NCBI GenBank assembly: GCA_951406725.2
Contig: OX597836.1
Location: forward strand, 3,410,001-3,474,000
Direction of reading: 5' to 3'
Source of the DNA: Octopus vulgaris
Lineage: Eukaryota
DNA: 64,000 bases
Position 1 is the stretch's first letter. Every line of letters begins with the position of its first letter. This document shows positions 13,655 through 28,661 of this stretch, piece by piece. Under the pieces are notes generated by a model. It was not told where the DNA came from and made no database searches. It saw nothing but the letters and a program-made list of their open reading frames with translations. Made by a program: the position numbers and the translations under genes.

Positions 13655-14605
13655 CAGCATTTTCTTAACGGTGAGCAGATGTGGTCACCGTTTGTCAAGC
13701 AGGATTTTCCGCAGCTCGTCTCATTGTCGGAGCATGATCAGGCGTAGACCAAGAAAGGGCGCTTGGCACCGGGAGTGTCGGCAGGCGCTCACAGCTTTCT
13801 GCCAGTCAGGCAATGTAATCAGTGGAAGTTCTACTATGGAAATCTATAGGCGATTAGTGGCGGGCAGGAGCGACGACGCCCTTTGGGAAACTCTGGGCGT
13901 CGGGAGGGGGTCAATTAACTGGTCTTTTCCGGAGGAATCTCGGACCGGGGCCCATGAATAACTTCCAGAAATCCCTGGTCAAATTGTGCTACCGAGGAGC
14001 ATTGCCGGTTCGAGACAAACTCTACAGACAACGAAGTACTGTCAAACGGAGCTGTCGGAGGTATGCGCAGGGCGACGGAACCGTCCTGCACGAACTCGTG
14101 GAGATTTGTCGAACAGCTGTTATCACGTGTAGGACGAATCCGGTTATTAGCCGAGTCCATCGTGAAGATCGCTCCGCCGCCTTCTTTTGGTCAGGAAGGA
14201 AATGCAGTTTTCCTGTGTCTGGTGGCTATGGGGAATGGAAGTAGTGTGGTGGACGAGATTGAAAGGGCTAAAGACAGATACTTTCCTCTTCGGCCAGGCC
14301 CTCATCGACTTTTTCAAGTTCCACTTAAAAAGGAAATTGAGAATAGAGAGGGAATTTCTTCCTCCTAGTAAATTTGTTGAAAGCTGGGTGAATGTAGCGA
14401 GTATGGCCCGTGTGAATGGGTGTACTCTCAACTTTCGTTTGTAAATCGGAGGAATCAAGGTGAGAAGCGGCTGCTGAGGTGCACCAGGCGGTCGGGATAA
14501 CCGGGTTGTGTGGGGTTTTGCAGTTGTTCCTGTGAGTAACTCCTCTCTTTTAGGGAAAATGTTTAATGCTAAATTGTTTCTTTATTTGTATTTATTTCGT
14601 TACTC

Positions 14606-14607
<2 letters not shown>
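13655..14607 (+). mobile_element. 3' portion of a Tx1/L1-clade LINE, frameshifted
   Basis: GC-rich island encoding NFQKSLVKLCYRGALPVRDKL...SCRRY...TVLHELVEIC (degenerate zf-RVT-like pattern) and VWWTRLKGL...FVESWVNVASMARVNGCTLNFRL*. Confidence 0.78.
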
Positions 14608-14685
<78 letters not shown>

Positions 14686-14724
14686 CTTCATCTTCATCAT
14701 CATCATCATCGTCATCATCATCAC

Positions 14725-14775
<51 letters not shown>

Positions 14776-14882
14776 TATTATAATTTTCATATTTGCATCA
14801 CACTTGCCACTTAATAAACAACGCACTACCATCCCCATCAGAGACATGGCCATCACCACCACAACCATCCTTTTCACACCTC

Positions 14883-14928
<46 letters not shown>

Positions 14929-15201
14929 TAACTGTAGACTCCATGTTAACGCTATTCATACCGTAATTTCTCTCCCACTCTCCTCCTCCTCCTCTTCCAC
15001 CCATACCTTGTAATGTTTGCTTTGGTACACATTACTTCTGATACAACGAGATATCGGTTAATGCTGATATCAATGCATACGCATGCCTGTATGTACACAC
15101 GTGCGTGTACATATAGGCGTGGCTCTATGTGTATATACATAAATACTTATATATGTGTGTGTATATATATATATGCATGTATACATATATATATATGTAT
15201 T

Positions 15202-15243
<42 letters not shown>

Positions 15244-15288
15244 CACACATATATATTTACATATATATATTTATACACACACATATAT

Positions 15289-15335
<47 letters not shown>

Positions 15336-15808
15336 GTTTAACCTTAAATAAAGATGCATATGCAGGCCACACACATACGCGCAAATATATACCTATATAC
15401 ATACATATATATATATATATATGCATATACATATACATACATATATATATATAGATATATATATATATTTATATGTAAATATATACACACATATGTCTGT
15501 ATACATGCGGCTGCATGAGTAAAGTAGTGCTGATTTTCCCTTATAGATATGTGTTAGTATGCAGCATATCGCTGGAATATTTAAATGACTATAAATTTGC
15601 AAATGTATCGAACCCTATTCTCATAAACTTACACATACACATCCATATGCATCGACACAGAAAAAGATATTAAAAAAACACACTCACGCGCATACACATG
15701 GGTGCACGCCCAAGCCACACACATTCGTATACACGCACTCAGGCGCTATAATCAACATAATATAACGTGAGTACTAGAAAAAATTTACAAGGAAATTACT
15801 ATGCGCGT

Positions 15809-15886
<78 letters not shown>

Positions 15887-16273
15887 ATATATATACATAT
15901 ATATGTATGTATGTATATGTATATGTGTATATATATGTATAAAGATGTATATATACATTTATACATATTCATGTATATATATATATACGCAAATAGATAT
16001 ATAGTTATATATATATACACACATATATACGTACATGTATATAAATTTATACATATGCATATATATAATACATATATATGTGTGTTTGTGTGTATATATA
16101 TATATACACTCGTACATATATATATACACATGCATATATATATGCATTATATATAGGTAATGTATATATATATATATATATATATACATGCATATATATA
16201 CACACACATGTATATATGCATTATATATAATGTATGTATATATATACACACACATATATGTATTATATATATA

Positions 16274-16323
<50 letters not shown>

Positions 16324-16637
16324 TCATATGTATATATGCATATATGCAATTGTGTGTGTGCACATCTACATATATACATCACCGTGTATGTGCATAATTA
16401 TATGTGTGCGTACGTGTATAGATACATAGGGGCGTATTTTTGTATGCGTAGATGCAAAAACATTTATGATGTTGCATGCGTATTGAAGTCTGTGCATATG
16501 AATGCAGCCACACATTGCAACGTATATAGTTTCACTGCACTTGCAGTTTGGCATGGAAATAATAAAAATTGAAAACGATAAAAGCAATGCATAAATAAAT
16601 AAAACAATACCTGTGTGTGTGTGTGAGTATGTGCGTG

Positions 16638-16669
<32 letters not shown>

Positions 16670-16799
16670 CATATATGTATCAGTGCGCGTATGTGCACCC
16701 CTGTATGTGTTTGTAAATTTGTATACATTAAAGAATGAACAGACACGTCACTCTACAATGCAGAACTTATATACGTATACATACTTGCATACATACACT

Positions 16800-16900
<101 letters not shown>

Positions 16901-17484
16901 TAAACTACATATGCGCACAGACACACATACGTAAGCTCAGCTCAATTTTCTTTTAACCTTTCTTTCTCATTTCGCTATTATTCTTTGATTTCCGGCAGTT
17001 TTCCATGAACAAGAGGAGAAGAAGAAAAAAATAAATTCTTCAAAGCAGTTTCGGATATTTTCATCAATGTAAGCATGAAAATGACAAAAATACATCAAAG
17101 ACGCAACACAAAATAGAAACGAAAATAATAAAAGAGAAAACCAAATTGTTCACTTTTATTCGCTTCCATGAAGACAATTTTCTCTGTAAGTAGGAATAGG
17201 AGACCAAAAGAAAATTTGGCTAAGAAGTTAACTATAAAAATATGCGCTGCGTTGCGTCTTTAACTGAGAATGCACTCCCTTTTTTTCGTATATATATTTA
17301 TTACTTGGCTTTGTTTAGTTTTTTTTTGTGCAGTTTGTGTGTTTAATTTTTGTGATATTTTTTTTATATACACGTATGTATAAGATGAGAGGTAACATTT
17401 TAAACATCTGCAGAAACTGGTTTCTGAAATGTCTGCAATAATCATACAGGTGTATATATACATATATATATATATATAATATAT

Positions 17485-17571
<87 letters not shown>

Positions 17572-17902
17572 TGTGTGTATGTATTTATGTATGTATATTG
17601 CAAAGGCATATAAAATATAAACATGGCTACATGCATATATTTCTTAAACATTATCTTTCACCACTCTTTACATGAGCTTCCGTTTATAGGTCATTTGAAG
17701 CATTCTTATACATATTTAGTGCTTACATTGGCTCGCAGCACCATTTTTCCAAAGAGTTAGCAATAATCGATTCAAAAACCTGCGATGCACAATTAGTACA
17801 TATTTCTTGTGGGTACTTACCTTGTGGTCTCTGTAACTTTTACGTGGTCCTTTAATCTACTCGAAATCGCAGCCAAATCTGCCTGAAATCAAAACCTTAG
17901 AG

Positions 17903-18048
17903 CAGTGGTTCCCAGTCTGGGGTCCGCAAAGTTATTACTGGTGCTCCGTGAACTAAATTCAAAGATAAGCATATTAAAAGGGGTCCGTGAGAAAACTCAT
18001 TTCAATAAAAGGGTTGTGAACCACTGTGAAAAGGTTGGGAACCACAGC
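17903..18048. mobile_element. hAT (Charlie-like) MITE with 8-bp TSD
   Basis: Ends CAGTGGTTCCCA and TGGGAACCACAG; CCTTAGAG at 17895-17902 and 18049-18056 has the central TA typical of Charlie target sites. Confidence 0.85.
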
Positions 18049-18805
18049 CCTTAGAGTATTAGGGAGGCTTATACAAGAACCCGCTGGGTAATTGTGACAA
18101 GCTGTATATGTGACCGTGGGGTGGATAGAAGAGGCTTGAATGTCATTAACGATAGCTTGTTGTTATCAAAGCTCACCCGTGACGCAGCTGAGTAAAGTGG
18201 AATTTATTTAGGCATATTTTTATCTCATTCTCTGAATGAGATTAGCAGTGCTGATCTGTCCCTTCTGTATTGTCGAATCATGCTTCCTTTCAACTTAAAT
18301 GGAATCGACGAAAGACCAGGTCAATTAAGGTGCAGTTTTGTGCCAAGATCTCTGCCACCAGGAAAATCTACTGCCACCCTCGTCTCTATTACTTCAATGA
18401 TTTGTCAAGACTAACCTCAATGGACAGCAAAAGCTTGATAAAAAGAAGGTGGAGCAGGTCATAAGCATATGCTACACTAGCGCCTGGGGTTTAGCAAAGT
18501 GAGAAAGAGCTGCGCAGATACGAAACCCACCATTCTCTCCCTCTCTCCCTCTCTCTTTTACTCACATAGCTCGTTTAGTAGCAGGGTAATTCAAAACAAC
18601 TGAAATTGTTCGAGAAAGCAGGAAATTGCCAAAATACTTGAACAGATCTCTAGATCTCGCATTTGCTTCTACTTTACTTTGCTTTTAAGACATTAAAAAA
18701 AAATCATACCAGATGTTTGCTACACATCCTGGCTTCCATCTCAGCTTAACGAAAAATTTCCACCAGGGCAAGTTGCGCCACTGATATTAAGGCCACCAAC
18801 TAAAA

Positions 18806-18994
18806 CGGCCAGCTCGCAGAATTGTTAGCATACCAAAAAAAATATTCAACAACATTTCGTCCGGCTTTACGTTCTGAGTTTAAATTGCATCGAGATCAAC
18901 TTTACCTTTCATTTTTTAGGGGTCGATAAAATAAGTCTTTGTCAAGGTTTTATTGCAGCCCCCCCCCCCTTATGCGTATAAAAGAAAGGATATT
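18806..18994 (+). mobile_element. SINE family C (Deu/Nin-domain-like), diverged
   Basis: Homologous to 24975-25188 (TTACGTTCTGAGTT...CCTTTCAT...GGGTCGATAAA). Confidence 0.8.
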
Positions 18995-19757
18995 ATGACG
19001 CCATCTATGAAACTGTTAAGTTGAAAGATAATTATTTCTTTCATGCTTCATGTGAATAAAATGAAATTATGCTTTTAGCAATACATTACATATTGAATAC
19101 TACGTAAGTGGACATTGTTAGGTGGTGATTAAATTCTCTGAGTTCATTCGCTTTTTGATAGACCTTGTATTCTTACCTTTCAGGTTGTATTTTTATCTTT
19201 CAGGTTGTATTTTTTTGCTCGCTTACAACCCGTATTTTTGTAGGAGCTAAAGGTGGTTTTATAGCACTTTTTGGTGTATTCTTGTAGCATATTAGAGCAG
19301 GGTATTCCTGATCCCTAATATAATTATATAATTTAAATATATCATTCTTAGTTTTAGTATATATATATATATATGTACGTATGTATGTATGTATGTATGT
19401 ATGTATGTATGTAGGTTTGTACGTATGCATATATTTGTACGTATGCATATATTTGAAAAAATGAATAATGAAAAAAATAAATACAAAAGATTTTCAGAAA
19501 ATTTCATTATTTCTCCACCTTTATAATTAGATGTTTATAACCAATCATTAAAGTGGAAATATTAGCGGAAAAGTTATTTCTATTCATTTTTTCAAATATA
19601 TAATACCAAGAATTTTCTATTTCTTGTATGTGTATATATATACATATATATACATACACTCTTCTTATACAAGACTGTTGCTTAATATTCTACTCTTCTA
19701 AAGTATAGAGTAACCCTTCAGATTAATGTAAAATTGTATTTATTACAACTGAACATT

Positions 19758-19827
<70 letters not shown>

Positions 19828-19846
19828 TAGATAGATAGATAGATAG

Positions 19847-19890
<44 letters not shown>

Positions 19891-19966
19891 AGCACATATA
19901 TATTGCTATGTGTATATATATACATATATATATAGAGCTATATATATATATATATTAAATATATAT

Positions 19967-20325
<359 letters not shown>

Positions 20326-20464
20326 CATGCATATATATGATATGTAATATACGCATCTATATTTAGCTATATATATATATATGTGTGTATATAATTATAT
20401 ATGTATGTACATATATATCTATGTACATGCATATATGTGTGTGTGTGTGTAATTATTATGGATA

Positions 20465-20850
20465 CTCTTTAGAAGTTCTTGTTTGCTGAGAGTCTTCACA
20501 TCCCTCTGCGAAGTGCGTGTTTGTAGCTCAGCACCTTACAACAACGACTTCTTGGGAGATTCCATAAGCTAACAGAACTCTGGCAACTTAGGTCTGTAAT
20601 CAGAGTCCAGTGCTTTTCGAGAAATCCAGGAATAACAGAATGGTAAGAAGATTCTTTGATGGAAACAACCTCTGTAATTCTTTAATACTTCGTCGGCGTC
20701 GAGCGGTGCTTTTAAAATCCGTTCCGGTTTCTCTGACGAATTCTCTCGAGGACCTGCGAGATACGAATGTGCATCATTATATCTTATATCTTAGCTTCAA
20801 TACTTGTTAATGTGATGCTCCGCTAATTCTACGTTAAACCTAAGCTTCTT
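20465..20850 (-). mobile_element. Heavily degraded RTE-like reverse transcriptase fragment
   Basis: Minus strand across frameshifts: RQRNRNGF*KHRST, LTILLFLDFSK, VLLAYGISQEVV, matching the Q.GFR..RST / LLF.DFSKAFD / L..YGIP motifs. Confidence 0.65.
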
Positions 20851-21460
20851 TATTTGGTGAAAGTCGGCAGAGAGAGAGAGAGAACCGAGTGCGTTTGGTG
20901 ATTAGGTTTATCACTCATGTAAGAGAGCTGCACGGTTAACAGAGGTTGTCATTCTTGTTAAATGTGTACGTGTGTGTGTGTCTGTGTGTGTGTGTCAGTG
21001 CACGTGTATTTGTGTCTCTGTGTTGTGTGTTTGTATATGTATGTTTGTGTGTATGTATGCCTGTGTGGGTGCATTTGTGTGTAGACCAACCGAGTTAGAC
21101 AGAATTTATATATATATATGTACATATGTATAAATATATTGTGTATGTATGTATATATACGTATATAATATACATATACTATAAATATATATATTAGATT
21201 TATATTATATATATATATATGTATATATCATGTATAACATATATAATATATCTTTATATTAAATATATAAATATATACACATACAGATAACATAGATAGA
21301 CAGACAGACAGCCATTACTGACTGGTTAAGAAGTTTGCATTGCAAACACACAACACCTTGGTCAAGTATTTTCTACCATAGATCTAGGCCAACTAACACC
21401 GCATTTTATTATATACTATATATTTATATACACGTATACAATTATATATATACATATATA

Positions 21461-21627
21461 TAGACATACTTACATATGTGTATGATTGTGTATAGTTGCA
21501 CACATATAGACACAAATATAGATACATACATATATATATATATATATATAGACATACTTACATATGTGTATGATTGTGTATAGTTGCACACATATAGACA
21601 CAAACATAGATACATACATATATATAT
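21461..21627. repeat. Tandem duplication, 88-bp period, two copies
   Basis: TAGACATACTTACATATGTGTATGATTGTGTATAGTTGCACACATATAGACACAAA at 21461 and 21549. Confidence 0.93.
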
Positions 21628-22290
21628 TCTTGCATGCATATATGCAAACACAGTGTGAAAGAGATAACATTTGCCGAACAAACTGCGTTAACCGTAATAT
21701 TATGAAGGAAAGAGCAACGCTAAGAAGGAAAAATAAAGCCAAAAAAAATTCGAAGAGAAAACTAAAAAGGGGGAAAAATAACAAACAGCAAAACTAACAA
21801 AAAACAACAACAAAATAACAGGAGAGAAAAGAACAAAATAACGAAATGTAAAGTCAAGGTGAAGAACACAAGAATGTTTCTGACGAAGAATGTTCCACGC
21901 TGAAGCGTTAATCAACTTGTTCGTAAGAGTAGTTTCATTGCGTTGCTGTTAGAATGGTAATTTCATTAGAGACAAGAATCAGAATTCTTGGCTTACTTTC
22001 ATTTGTAAGGAGTGTAACAAAGTGAATAGCAAACGTCTGTTTTTAGTGTGTGCGTGTGTGTGTGTAAAATGTGGTTGGGGTTTGTGTAGGAGAAGGGGCT
22101 AGGGATTCGGTAAAAATGGGAAGAGTTGAGGAATTAGAGCGCTTAATATGCCGCCATGATATACTGAGATGTGTTTTTGTGCGGGAATCTCTTTATCTCC
22201 CACTCTCTCTCTCACTCTCCCTCTTTCTCTCCCACTCTCTTATTTCCCTCTCTCTTTCTCTCTTTTACTCCTCTCTCTCACACACATATG

Positions 22291-22346
<56 letters not shown>

Positions 22347-22418
22347 CATATATATGAATGGGTATATATATAAGTGTATATACGTACTTACATACACATA
22401 TATATTTATGCTACTATA

Positions 22419-22471
<53 letters not shown>

Positions 22472-22895
22472 TACATACACATTTATATATATTATGCATA
22501 ACATATATATCCTTATATTATATATATACATATATAATATAGTCAATATAATACAGTCAATTCAAGGATGTAATCCACTGGTACTATTGCTGATATATTG
22601 GAAGAATGTTCTCAATATGTACGGATAGGCGGTTTAATTAACATTTTATATTCATATTAAAAAAATCGGGGAGTTTATTATGGATGCTGTCTGTATTTGT
22701 ATCACGTTAAGAACTATAAAATACACCAAATATAGCAAATAAGTGAATACAAATAAAATTTAAAGGAATATATAATTAATATATTAATTATAATTATATA
22801 TATATAGTCCTCCAGCATGGCTACAGCCTCAGGGCCGGAACGTACGAAGGAATTAAACAGTATATATAGCTATGTGTGGCATTCCAACCAATCAA

Positions 22896-23046
22896 ATATT
22901 CTTTTCTACTCTAGGCACATGGCCCGAAATTTTGAGGGGGGCGCAGTCGATTAGATCGACTCCAGTACGCAACTGGTACTTAATTTGTCGACCCGGAAAG
23001 GATGAAAGGCAAAGTCGACCTCGGTGGAATTTGAACTTAGAACGTA
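22896..23046 (-). mobile_element. SINE family C, 5'-truncated
   Basis: Matches 28662-28815. Confidence 0.87.
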
Positions 23047-23065
23047 ATGTATATATATATATATC

Positions 23066-23431
23066 GTGGTACTCCGTCGGTTACGACGACGAGGGTTCCA
23101 GTTGATTCAATCAACAGCACAGCCTGCGCGTGAAATTAACGTGAAAGTGGCTGAGTACTCCACAGATACGTGTACTCTTAACGTAGTTCTCTGGAAGATT
23201 CGGCATGACACAGAGTGTGACAAGGCTGGCCCCTTTGAAATACAGGTACAACAGAAACAGGAAGAAAGAGTGAAAGAGTACAGCAGGGTTCACCACCACC
23301 CCCTGCCGGAGACTTGTGGAGCTTTAGGTCTTTCTGCTCAATAAAAACTCCAACCGGCCGGTCTGGGAATCGAAACCGCGATCCTACGACCGCGGGTCCA
23401 ATGCCTTAAACACTAGGCTATTGCGCTTTCA
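23066..23431 (-). mobile_element. SINE family B, full length, between TA tracts
   Basis: tRNA-like head (GGTTTCGATTCCCAGACCGG); body and tail are the reverse complement of 26618-26945. Confidence 0.92.
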
Positions 23432-23443
23432 TATATATGTGTA

Positions 23444-23513
<70 letters not shown>

Positions 23514-23524
23514 CATATATATAC

Positions 23525-23567
<43 letters not shown>

Positions 23568-24974
23568 TATATATATACACATATATATATGTATGTATGT
23601 ATTTATATATATATATATATCTTTATGTATGTATATCTGTATAGACATATATGTATACATATTTATATATATATATGCCCCAGCATGGCCGCCGTTTAAT
23701 GAGTGAAGCAAGTAAAAGAAACGCACACATATATATATACACACACATGCACACATACATACGTGCATACATATGTACGTATTCTCTCTTTGTGCCTGTA
23801 AGCATTACACTTTCTTAAATCTAAGCATATGTGTGTGTGTGCATATGTGTGTGTGAGTGTGCGCGTGCGTGTATGTGTGAGTGTGTGTGTGTGTTTGCGT
23901 TTGTGTGTAGCAATATATATATTCATCCACCCCTATATTACACATTTTCCGTATATACGTGTATTTGTGAACGGGCGAATGTCTAAGTCAATATAAGATA
24001 TATATCTATGTGTACCTCTGTCCCTGTGTGTGTGTGTGTATGTGTGTCTGCGCACCTCTGTTTCTCTCTTTCTCTCTGTATGTGTGTGTGTGTGTGCTTG
24101 GCTGTGTGTCTATGTATACCTGTGTGTTTGTATGTATGTATCCCCATACACATAGATATGCTCACACATTTACCATTTCTCTCCTTAAAACTTTGGCAGA
24201 TGTCCAGCAAACTTGAGGTAAGAATTTCTATCGTCAAATGTTCTTCATTTTTCTATTGTACCATTATTAATGTTCTTTAAGAGAACATATATACATGTGG
24301 CAGCTTTCTTTCATTACTTTTACATAACCGCACTGAAGCTCACACACTCACATTGCTGCACGTACGCCGATACACCCCTATACATACTTACATCTTTATA
24401 GATTATAGCAAACGTATGCAATCGTATATTTATAGGTATGTGTATATATTCGTGTATGTGTTAACGTATGGGCCTTCTATTTAATGCATAACTCTGCTGT
24501 AGATCTATCTTTTTATCAAGTGTTTTTCATATTTTCGTCTGAGTTCCTTGCCGTTTGTTTACAACGCATTTATAGGCTACAGAATTCCCCCATAAAAACA
24601 GGCGATTAACAATGGAAGCAATACTCATAGCACATCTCAATGTTAAAAGGAAAATCGGATATCGTACACCAGTTATACATAAGCAAGAACGAACTGATAA
24701 CTGACGTTTCGAATCTTACAGATGAAACTTCAACGCTCCAGAAGTAATATCAATATCAATCACCGCCTCAACACAAACCAACGTTACGTTATCCTGATGA
24801 TGAAGCAATGAAGTTCTGGAAACGTCTCTGACCTGATGGTATACATACTTATGCAATCTGTGACACACATACATATGTAGATACATACGTATACATACAC
24901 TCACATTCACACATTTATTGTAACTGTATTCAGAATTTTCATCTGTACATCCTTAAACTATAAATTATGAAAAC

Positions 24975-25188
24975 AAGCTGGCAGAAACGTTAGCACGCCG
25001 GCCGAAATGCGTAGCCGTATTTCGTCTGCCGTTACGTTCTGAGTTCAAGTTCGACTTTGCCTTTCATCCTTTTGGGGTCGATAAATTAAGTACCAGTTAC
25101 GCCCTGTGGTCGATGTAATAGACTTAATCCATTTGTCTGTCCTTGTTTGTCCCCTCTGTGTTTAGCCCCTTGTGGATAGTAAAAAAAA
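24975..25188 (+). mobile_element. SINE family C with Tx1-like tail
   Basis: Core CGACTTTGCCTTTCATCCTTTTGGGGTCGATAAATTAAGTACCAG resembles the Deu/Nin SINE domain; tail matches 32668-32709. Confidence 0.9.
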
Positions 25189-25352
25189 TTTTTTTAATTA
25201 TAGTATCTTTTATATTTTCTTAATCTTGTGTTGGCGTCGTGTCACTTTCTAGTACAACGAGTGATTTGTCTGAATGTTGCCGTCTTCTTATTACCTTAAT
25301 TTTGTTGGGGTTGCTTCTGTCCTCATTGATGATTACCCATACATCATATGCA

Positions 25353-25413
<61 letters not shown>

Positions 25414-25560
25414 GGTACTGTAAATTTAGTGTGAATATTTGATAAGTGTAAGCACCTGTATATGCCAGATAGTGGCAGAGGTGAGAGAGAATATATCAAA
25501 TAAAATTAATATATCAAACTAAAATTAAAAACAGAACACAAAGGATATCGCGGTACACGT

Positions 25561-25626
<66 letters not shown>

Positions 25627-25911
25627 ATATACACATACACATATATATATATAGAGAGAGAGAGAGATGTGTGTGTGTGCATTTGGAAATTTTCCCAAGT
25701 GCAAATCGTCAGACTCTGTTGCAAAATGATTGATATGTATATCATTTAATATACACAATTATAATGGCGTTAGTATGAGTTTCGTGCCTCATGGTACATT
25801 AAATTGGCAGATTTATACGTATGGCATGCTATATAAATCTGCCAATGTAAAGCATGGAACCATTAATAACTCTTTTGTAATTGTATATATTAAATAATAT
25901 TTATCTCCCCC

Positions 25912-27075
25912 TGATGCACAATAGGGATAGAGATGCAGGAAAGGCCGTAAAGTGTGACAACCGATGCAGACTTTGTGGAGTTCAAACTGAAGATATCACG
26001 CCTATCAAAGGCAGTTGTCCGAAAATATCTTCACGGTATTATCTAGCGATGAGACACGACGTTGTAGCTAGGACAGTCTATAAGGAAATCCGTCGAAGAC
26101 AAAGAAATAAGAACTTACAATAGGGAGTAGCTACAGCCCCTCATAATAAAAAGGAATACTGCTGGAATGTACCAATGAAGACCCCAATAGTATGTAAACA
26201 CACTGGACCTGATATAAAGATTTGGGATAGAGAAGAGAAACTATGAACAGTTGTGGAAATTATCTGCCCAGTGGATGTTAACATAAAGCTGAAGATCAGT
26301 GAAAAAGGGAATACCAACGCTGAACTATTGAGAGACCTGCAGTTACTCTATCCAGATTACAACTTCAGGTTTGTACCTGTAATTATTGGGGCCCTGGGAT
26401 ATGTAGCACACTGCCTTAATACCAATCTTGAGAAATTTGGCTTCTCAAAACCAGAAAGAAGACAGCTAATTCGAAGACTATAGATCCAATCCAACACTGT
26501 AAAATTTTACAGGAGTTTATCATTCAAATATATATGAGCATGTCTAGATATGCATCTATATGCATGAGAATACATAGATAAAAAAATATGCATACATACA
26601 TACATACAAAAATACTCGCGGTTTCGATTCCCAGACCGGGCATTGTGAGTGTTTATTGAGCGAAAACACCTAAAGCTCCACGAGGCTCTGGCAGGGGATG
26701 GTGGTGATCCCTGCTGTACTCTTTCACCACAACTTTCTCTCACTCTTGCTTCCTGTTTCTGTTGTACCTGTATTTCAAAATGGTGGCCTTGTCACTCTCT
26801 GTGTCACGCTGAATATCCCCGAGAACTACGTTAAGGGTACACGTGTCTGTGGAGTGCTCAGCCACTTATACGTTAATTTCACGAGCAGGCTGTTCCGTTG
26901 ATTCGGATCAACCGGAACCCTCATCGTCGTAACCGACGGAGTGCTTCTAAAAAAAGCAAAAATACTCTGCTCTTGATGTTGAAATTCCAAAGAAGGAGCC
27001 TTGAATCTGGGTTAGAAACGGTTCTTTCTCTTTTAGCAAGAAATCTTGAAATAAAACTGAATAATGACATATATG
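25912..27075 (+). mobile_element. 5'-truncated R4/Dong-like LINE (zinc knuckle, RLE, 3' UTR) interrupted by a SINE
   Basis: CDNRCRLCGVQTEDITPIKGSCPK...RHDVVA; GPDIKIWDRE...EIICP...FVPVIIGALG. The UTR resumes after the SINE and ends just before (TACA)n. Confidence 0.92.
26618..26956 (+). mobile_element. SINE family B, 5'-truncated, with 11-bp TSD
   Basis: CAAAAATACTC at 26607-26617 and 26957-26967; nested in the LINE 3' UTR. Confidence 0.92.
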
Positions 27076-27089
27076 CATAAAAAGATTCG

Positions 27090-27273
27090 TACATACATAC
27101 ATACATACATAATACATGCATACACACACACACATACATACATACATACACATACATACATACATACATACATACATACATACATACATACATACATACA
27201 TACATACATACATACATACATAATACATGCATACACACACATACATACATACATACATACATACATACATACA

Positions 27274-27302
<29 letters not shown>
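27090..27302. repeat. (TACA)n tract
   Basis: Directly visible. Confidence 0.96.
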
Positions 27303-27305
<3 letters not shown>

Positions 27306-27718
27306 GGAACATCTTAAGCAGAAACACACCGGCATTATAGAAAATACACGCGACGTATACAGCTAAAGTTTATGAGAAACTGTCGCAGTTTACGAGCGGA
27401 TCGAATATTGGAACATAATCTTAAGAAGTGGCGGCAAGACGAAAACTCGATCTTGGAAGCACAACAGATTGGTGAAACCGGTCTAAATACGTCAAAGCAC
27501 TACGTTTCGAATGTTTCGTGAAAAGGAACTATGGTGCCCACATGAACACTCACCTGTCTTAGAAAAACGATTCTAATATATGAATATATTTGTGGTAATA
27601 TATGATACAAGTCAGAGCATCTGCAAACCCTGGCGAAATGTTCAAGGGCGGAAATGAGGTTAATGTACCGACTATTGGCATAGAAATAAATAAACTCATA
27701 AATAGGTACATACATATA

Positions 27719-27777
<59 letters not shown>

Positions 27778-28144
27778 GTACGTATATATGTGTGTGTGTG
27801 TTTGTATATATGTATGTATGTATGTATGTATGTACGTATGAAGATATGTATGCGTGTATGTATGTATGTATATATATGTGTGTGCGTATGTATGTATATG
27901 TAAATATATATACACACACATATATATATATATGTGTGCATGTGTGTATGTATGTATGAAGATATGTATGTGCGTATGTATATATATATGTATATGTAAA
28001 TATATATACACACACATATATATATGTGTGTATGTGTGTGTATGTATATATATATGTATATGTAAATATATATACACACACATATATATATGTGTGTATG
28101 TGTGTGTGTGTATGTATGTATGTATGTATTATGTATGTATGAAG

Positions 28145-28175
<31 letters not shown>

Positions 28176-28661
28176 TGTATGTATGTATGTATGAGCATAC
28201 AGTGTAGTTAGAAGCCTACTGAAACGCTAATGAATTTCTCCGATCCGGTTATTGTATTAAAAACAATCCTGGCTCCGCTGTAATGTATCTTTTATTTCAT
28301 TTGGAATTTGCAGAATTGGAATGGTACGAAAGTAATTCTCTAATGACACTGATGGATTAGATATAACGATAGAATTATAGGAAGGTTTCACAAAATGGTT
28401 AACATTATGATCTAGAATTATTAGTAACTGTGGAATTAACGACATTGTGAGAATTAAGGAATTTGGAAGTGAACCCATTTGTAATGAGAAAAATGGAACC
28501 ATGTACAACCACGGCTACTGTCTGCTGTGGCATTGACCGATTGCATATAGGTAGAGATATGCGCACTTTCAGTAAATACCAATATTCTGGAATTGGTAAC
28601 AATTGTATTAAAGATGTTATGATGAATAAATAATGGTTTTTTTCTTTGTAATGACTTTGAT

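Noticed and set aside
19177-19215. Duplicated acceptor-like motif CTTTCAGGTTGTATTTTT
   Set aside because: A simple 20-bp tandem duplication with no credible downstream exon.
27330-27690. Possible mariner relic (TGGTGCCCACATGAA, WVPHE-like)
   Set aside because: One imperfect motif, with no TIR or further transposase motifs that I could verify.
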